A stretch of DNA of 64,000 nucleotides, from contig NC_045698.1 of NCBI RefSeq assembly GCF_009834535.1, positions 12,774,001 to 12,838,000 of the forward strand. The letters run 5' to 3'. Made by a program: the position numbers and the translations under genes. Positions 61,552 to 64,000 of this stretch are shown piece by piece (the first letter of the stretch is position 1; every line of letters begins with the position of its first letter). This stretch comes from Camelus ferus (lineage: Eukaryota). Below the pieces are notes generated by a model, which saw only the letters and a list, made by a program, of their open reading frames with translations, had not been told where the DNA came from and made no database searches.

Positions 61552-64000
61552 TACTAAGTGTTTTTTTCTTCAGGAGAAACATTCTCAGTTCATCAGCCTT
61601 TTTAATCCACGTGTACCACTCTGTAGACTTTTCTCTCGAGACGCACTCTAGTTTCTCAGTGAGGCACCCATGGAGAGCAAACATCTCCCGGGACTGTCTG
61701 AACAAGACAGACCAGAGCTGCACTTACTCTGACTTCTTGTATTCTGATCTAATATTGTAATTAGTGCATTTCAGGATGGCATTAACATTTGGGGCAGCTA
61801 TGGCATTCTTTTGGTTCATAATGAGTTTGCAGAAAATCAAACGAACAGCTTGGATTCAGTTAAATAAAATTCAAGGGTACTTCAGCTATTCCATTCAAGC
61901 CCATTGGGATTTGAATCTACTAAGATTTTTTCACATCCACTTTTTGTAATAAAATTCCACCTTCCCCTATGCTATACAGGCAATGGAAAGCCTGGGCATA
62001 AGTATTTACGTCTGTTCTCAGTTTATTGTATTCTATAAATTCAGTCCCTCTCATCACTCATTATATTAGCTATTCCTTGGACCTCTGACTACTTTGAAAT
62101 TCCATAAGCATGATAGCAATATTTACATCAAATATGTTGACTAAAATGCACAGCCATGACTGAGGAGGAGCCAAAGAAATCTCTCCACGTTAAATCAATC
62201 ATTACCTTTGGACAGGGTCATTAATTCAATTACATGTTTGCCCAATAATATTGCCATTTATAGCATTTTTCTCCATCCTTTCCATGAGATATCATAAGAA
62301 AGTTTCAAATATATTACACACCTGAATGTGCTTTCTTGGTTTATAAATAAACTATATCAAAACATCATATGATGTGTTTTAAGCACACGTGTGTGCTCAT
62401 TATTTATTAATCCTTCCACTTCTTAGAACATAAAATTCATATTTTATGCTATTTTAGAAAAACCTCATGAGAAATAGATATACTATTACATAATGGATTT
62501 TTTAAAAAGATGAGGATAGCTTTTAAATACGCCGAACTAATATGAACTGAGTTTACCTTGGTACTATTAGCCACGTAAAGAAGTTAATAATATTTCAAGT
62601 CACTGTATATAATAAATGTAACTGAAAGCTTTTTTCTCTCTTGCTACATTGTTCAAAGTTAGGTTCTTAAAAGATGGTTCATTATAGAATCATAACAAAA
62701 AGAACTTCACTGAAAAGTCAGTTTTTATAAGCAAAGAAAATTTTAGGAAGCATGATTAAGGAATTTGAAAGTCCAAAATCTCACTTAGGTAGAATTTCTC
62801 AAAACTTTGGATGTTTCCCATTTGTCATCGAAGGAGTTTGGAGATTTGTAATACAAAATGATTTAATGCTCAACAATGTCATGTATCCCATTGGTAATCA
62901 CACGGGATGTTGATTTGGGCTTTCCTGTTTCCCCCCCATTTTAAGTAATATAAAGCACATATGGATTTTATATCTGTTCACATGAATACAATATCCCAAG
63001 CAAAATATTAAAAAAAGAATGAAACTGACAGAAATGCATTTATTCTAAAAGCTACACTGAAAGAGTGCATGCTTAGAAGAATATATAATACATCCATTTT
63101 TTATGAGGTTTATATACACACACATAGCGAATATATCTAAACTCAACTCTTTCATATGTTTTTTCCAGCTTTCTATGGTGAGAAGGCGAGGTTTTGATTT
63201 GTTATGTCTTGTTCTGTTTTTATGGTGAGAATGCAAGTTATTCCTCCATGTCCTGTCAAAAGAGTAGCACCAGTTTTAGAAGAGATGGTTTTTAAACTCT
63301 CCTTGAAGTTGTATGTCAAAAGACAATTTATTCCCTCTTGAAAAACTTAAATTTTGTCACACTCTGTTTTCACATACTAAGCTGGAATTTTGCTTCTTAT
63401 GACTTGCTCACAGATTACATATATATATCTTAAATCTGTAAGCTTTAAAGTTCCACAGCCTAAGGTCTGTTTTTCTTTCATCCGACAGCTGTTTAAAATT
63501 TAAAGACAGAAAGTACTTTCTTCCCCAGAAATGGTTTTCTAAATCCTCTATAATCTTGGACACTTTTTGGATATTGTCAGATTAACAACATTTTTCCTAA
63601 AATATATTGCCTCCAAATAAAAACAGCATTCCAGATGTGGTCTGATAAAAGCATGCATATTGGGCTTATTTTTACATGATCAAATAATTCATAATTTTCA
63701 TTTAATACATGGTTACTAGCGTACTACCACAGTATCTATATTACTGGAGCCAAATGCCACTTTTCATCTCTGTCTTATTAGGAGATACAGGGCTATGGAA
63801 TCACAGAATCTGGGTTAGAAAAGACTACCAAGAACTGTTAACACAACCGTGTCATTCTTTTACTTAGAATTTGTCATAGCCTTTCTGTCACTTGCCGCAT
63901 AACCTCAGCTCTAAATGGTGCAAACAGACCCGTCTGCTTTTCTCTCCTCGTTACTCATCTCTGGCTCTGTGATTTGTTTTCCAGCGACATGTTGTGTATC

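Noticed and set aside
3438..63236. The remaining 60-149 aa ORFs in the track
   Set aside because: Many start at GTG/TTG, fall in repeats or low-complexity DNA, and show no protein family motifs. This is expected noise in mammalian non-coding DNA.
1..64000. CRISPR arrays, rRNA, operons or other prokaryotic systems
   Set aside because: There are no regularly spaced repeats or dense gene content; the sequence is clearly mammalian.

Overview
Mammalian genomic DNA, AT-rich and rich in repeats. It is most likely from a camelid, because it carries a Vic-1-type tRNA-derived SINE and cetartiodactyl-type L1 3' ends. The only convincing protein-coding feature is an intronless processed retrocopy of RNF167, a PA-TM-RING E3 ubiquitin ligase (about 462-2239). 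Its 352-codon ORF (979-2037) is intact, and it has the parental 3'UTR, an AATAAA signal and a short A tail. It looks like a functional retrogene rather than a dead pseudogene. The RING-H2 domain is essentially unchanged, while the transmembrane/juxtamembrane segment is heavily rewritten. The 5' end carries a CpG-rich block with TCTCGCGAGA, ETS and YY1-like motifs and a splice acceptor just upstream of the ATG. The rest looks intronic or intergenic: L1, L2, MIR, MaLR/ERV LTRs and hAT DNA transposons, including a three-level nest at 28.4-30.4 kb. There are also several candidate regulatory modules: a possible alternative first exon with CCAAT/E-box/MEF2 sites at 40.3-40.8 kb, three near-perfect RFX X-boxes at 44.7, 46.2 and 60.3 kb, and possible minus-strand exons. 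I could not identify a host gene. Repeat family names and the comparison with human RNF167 come from recall, not from a database search, and most repeat boundaries are approximate.
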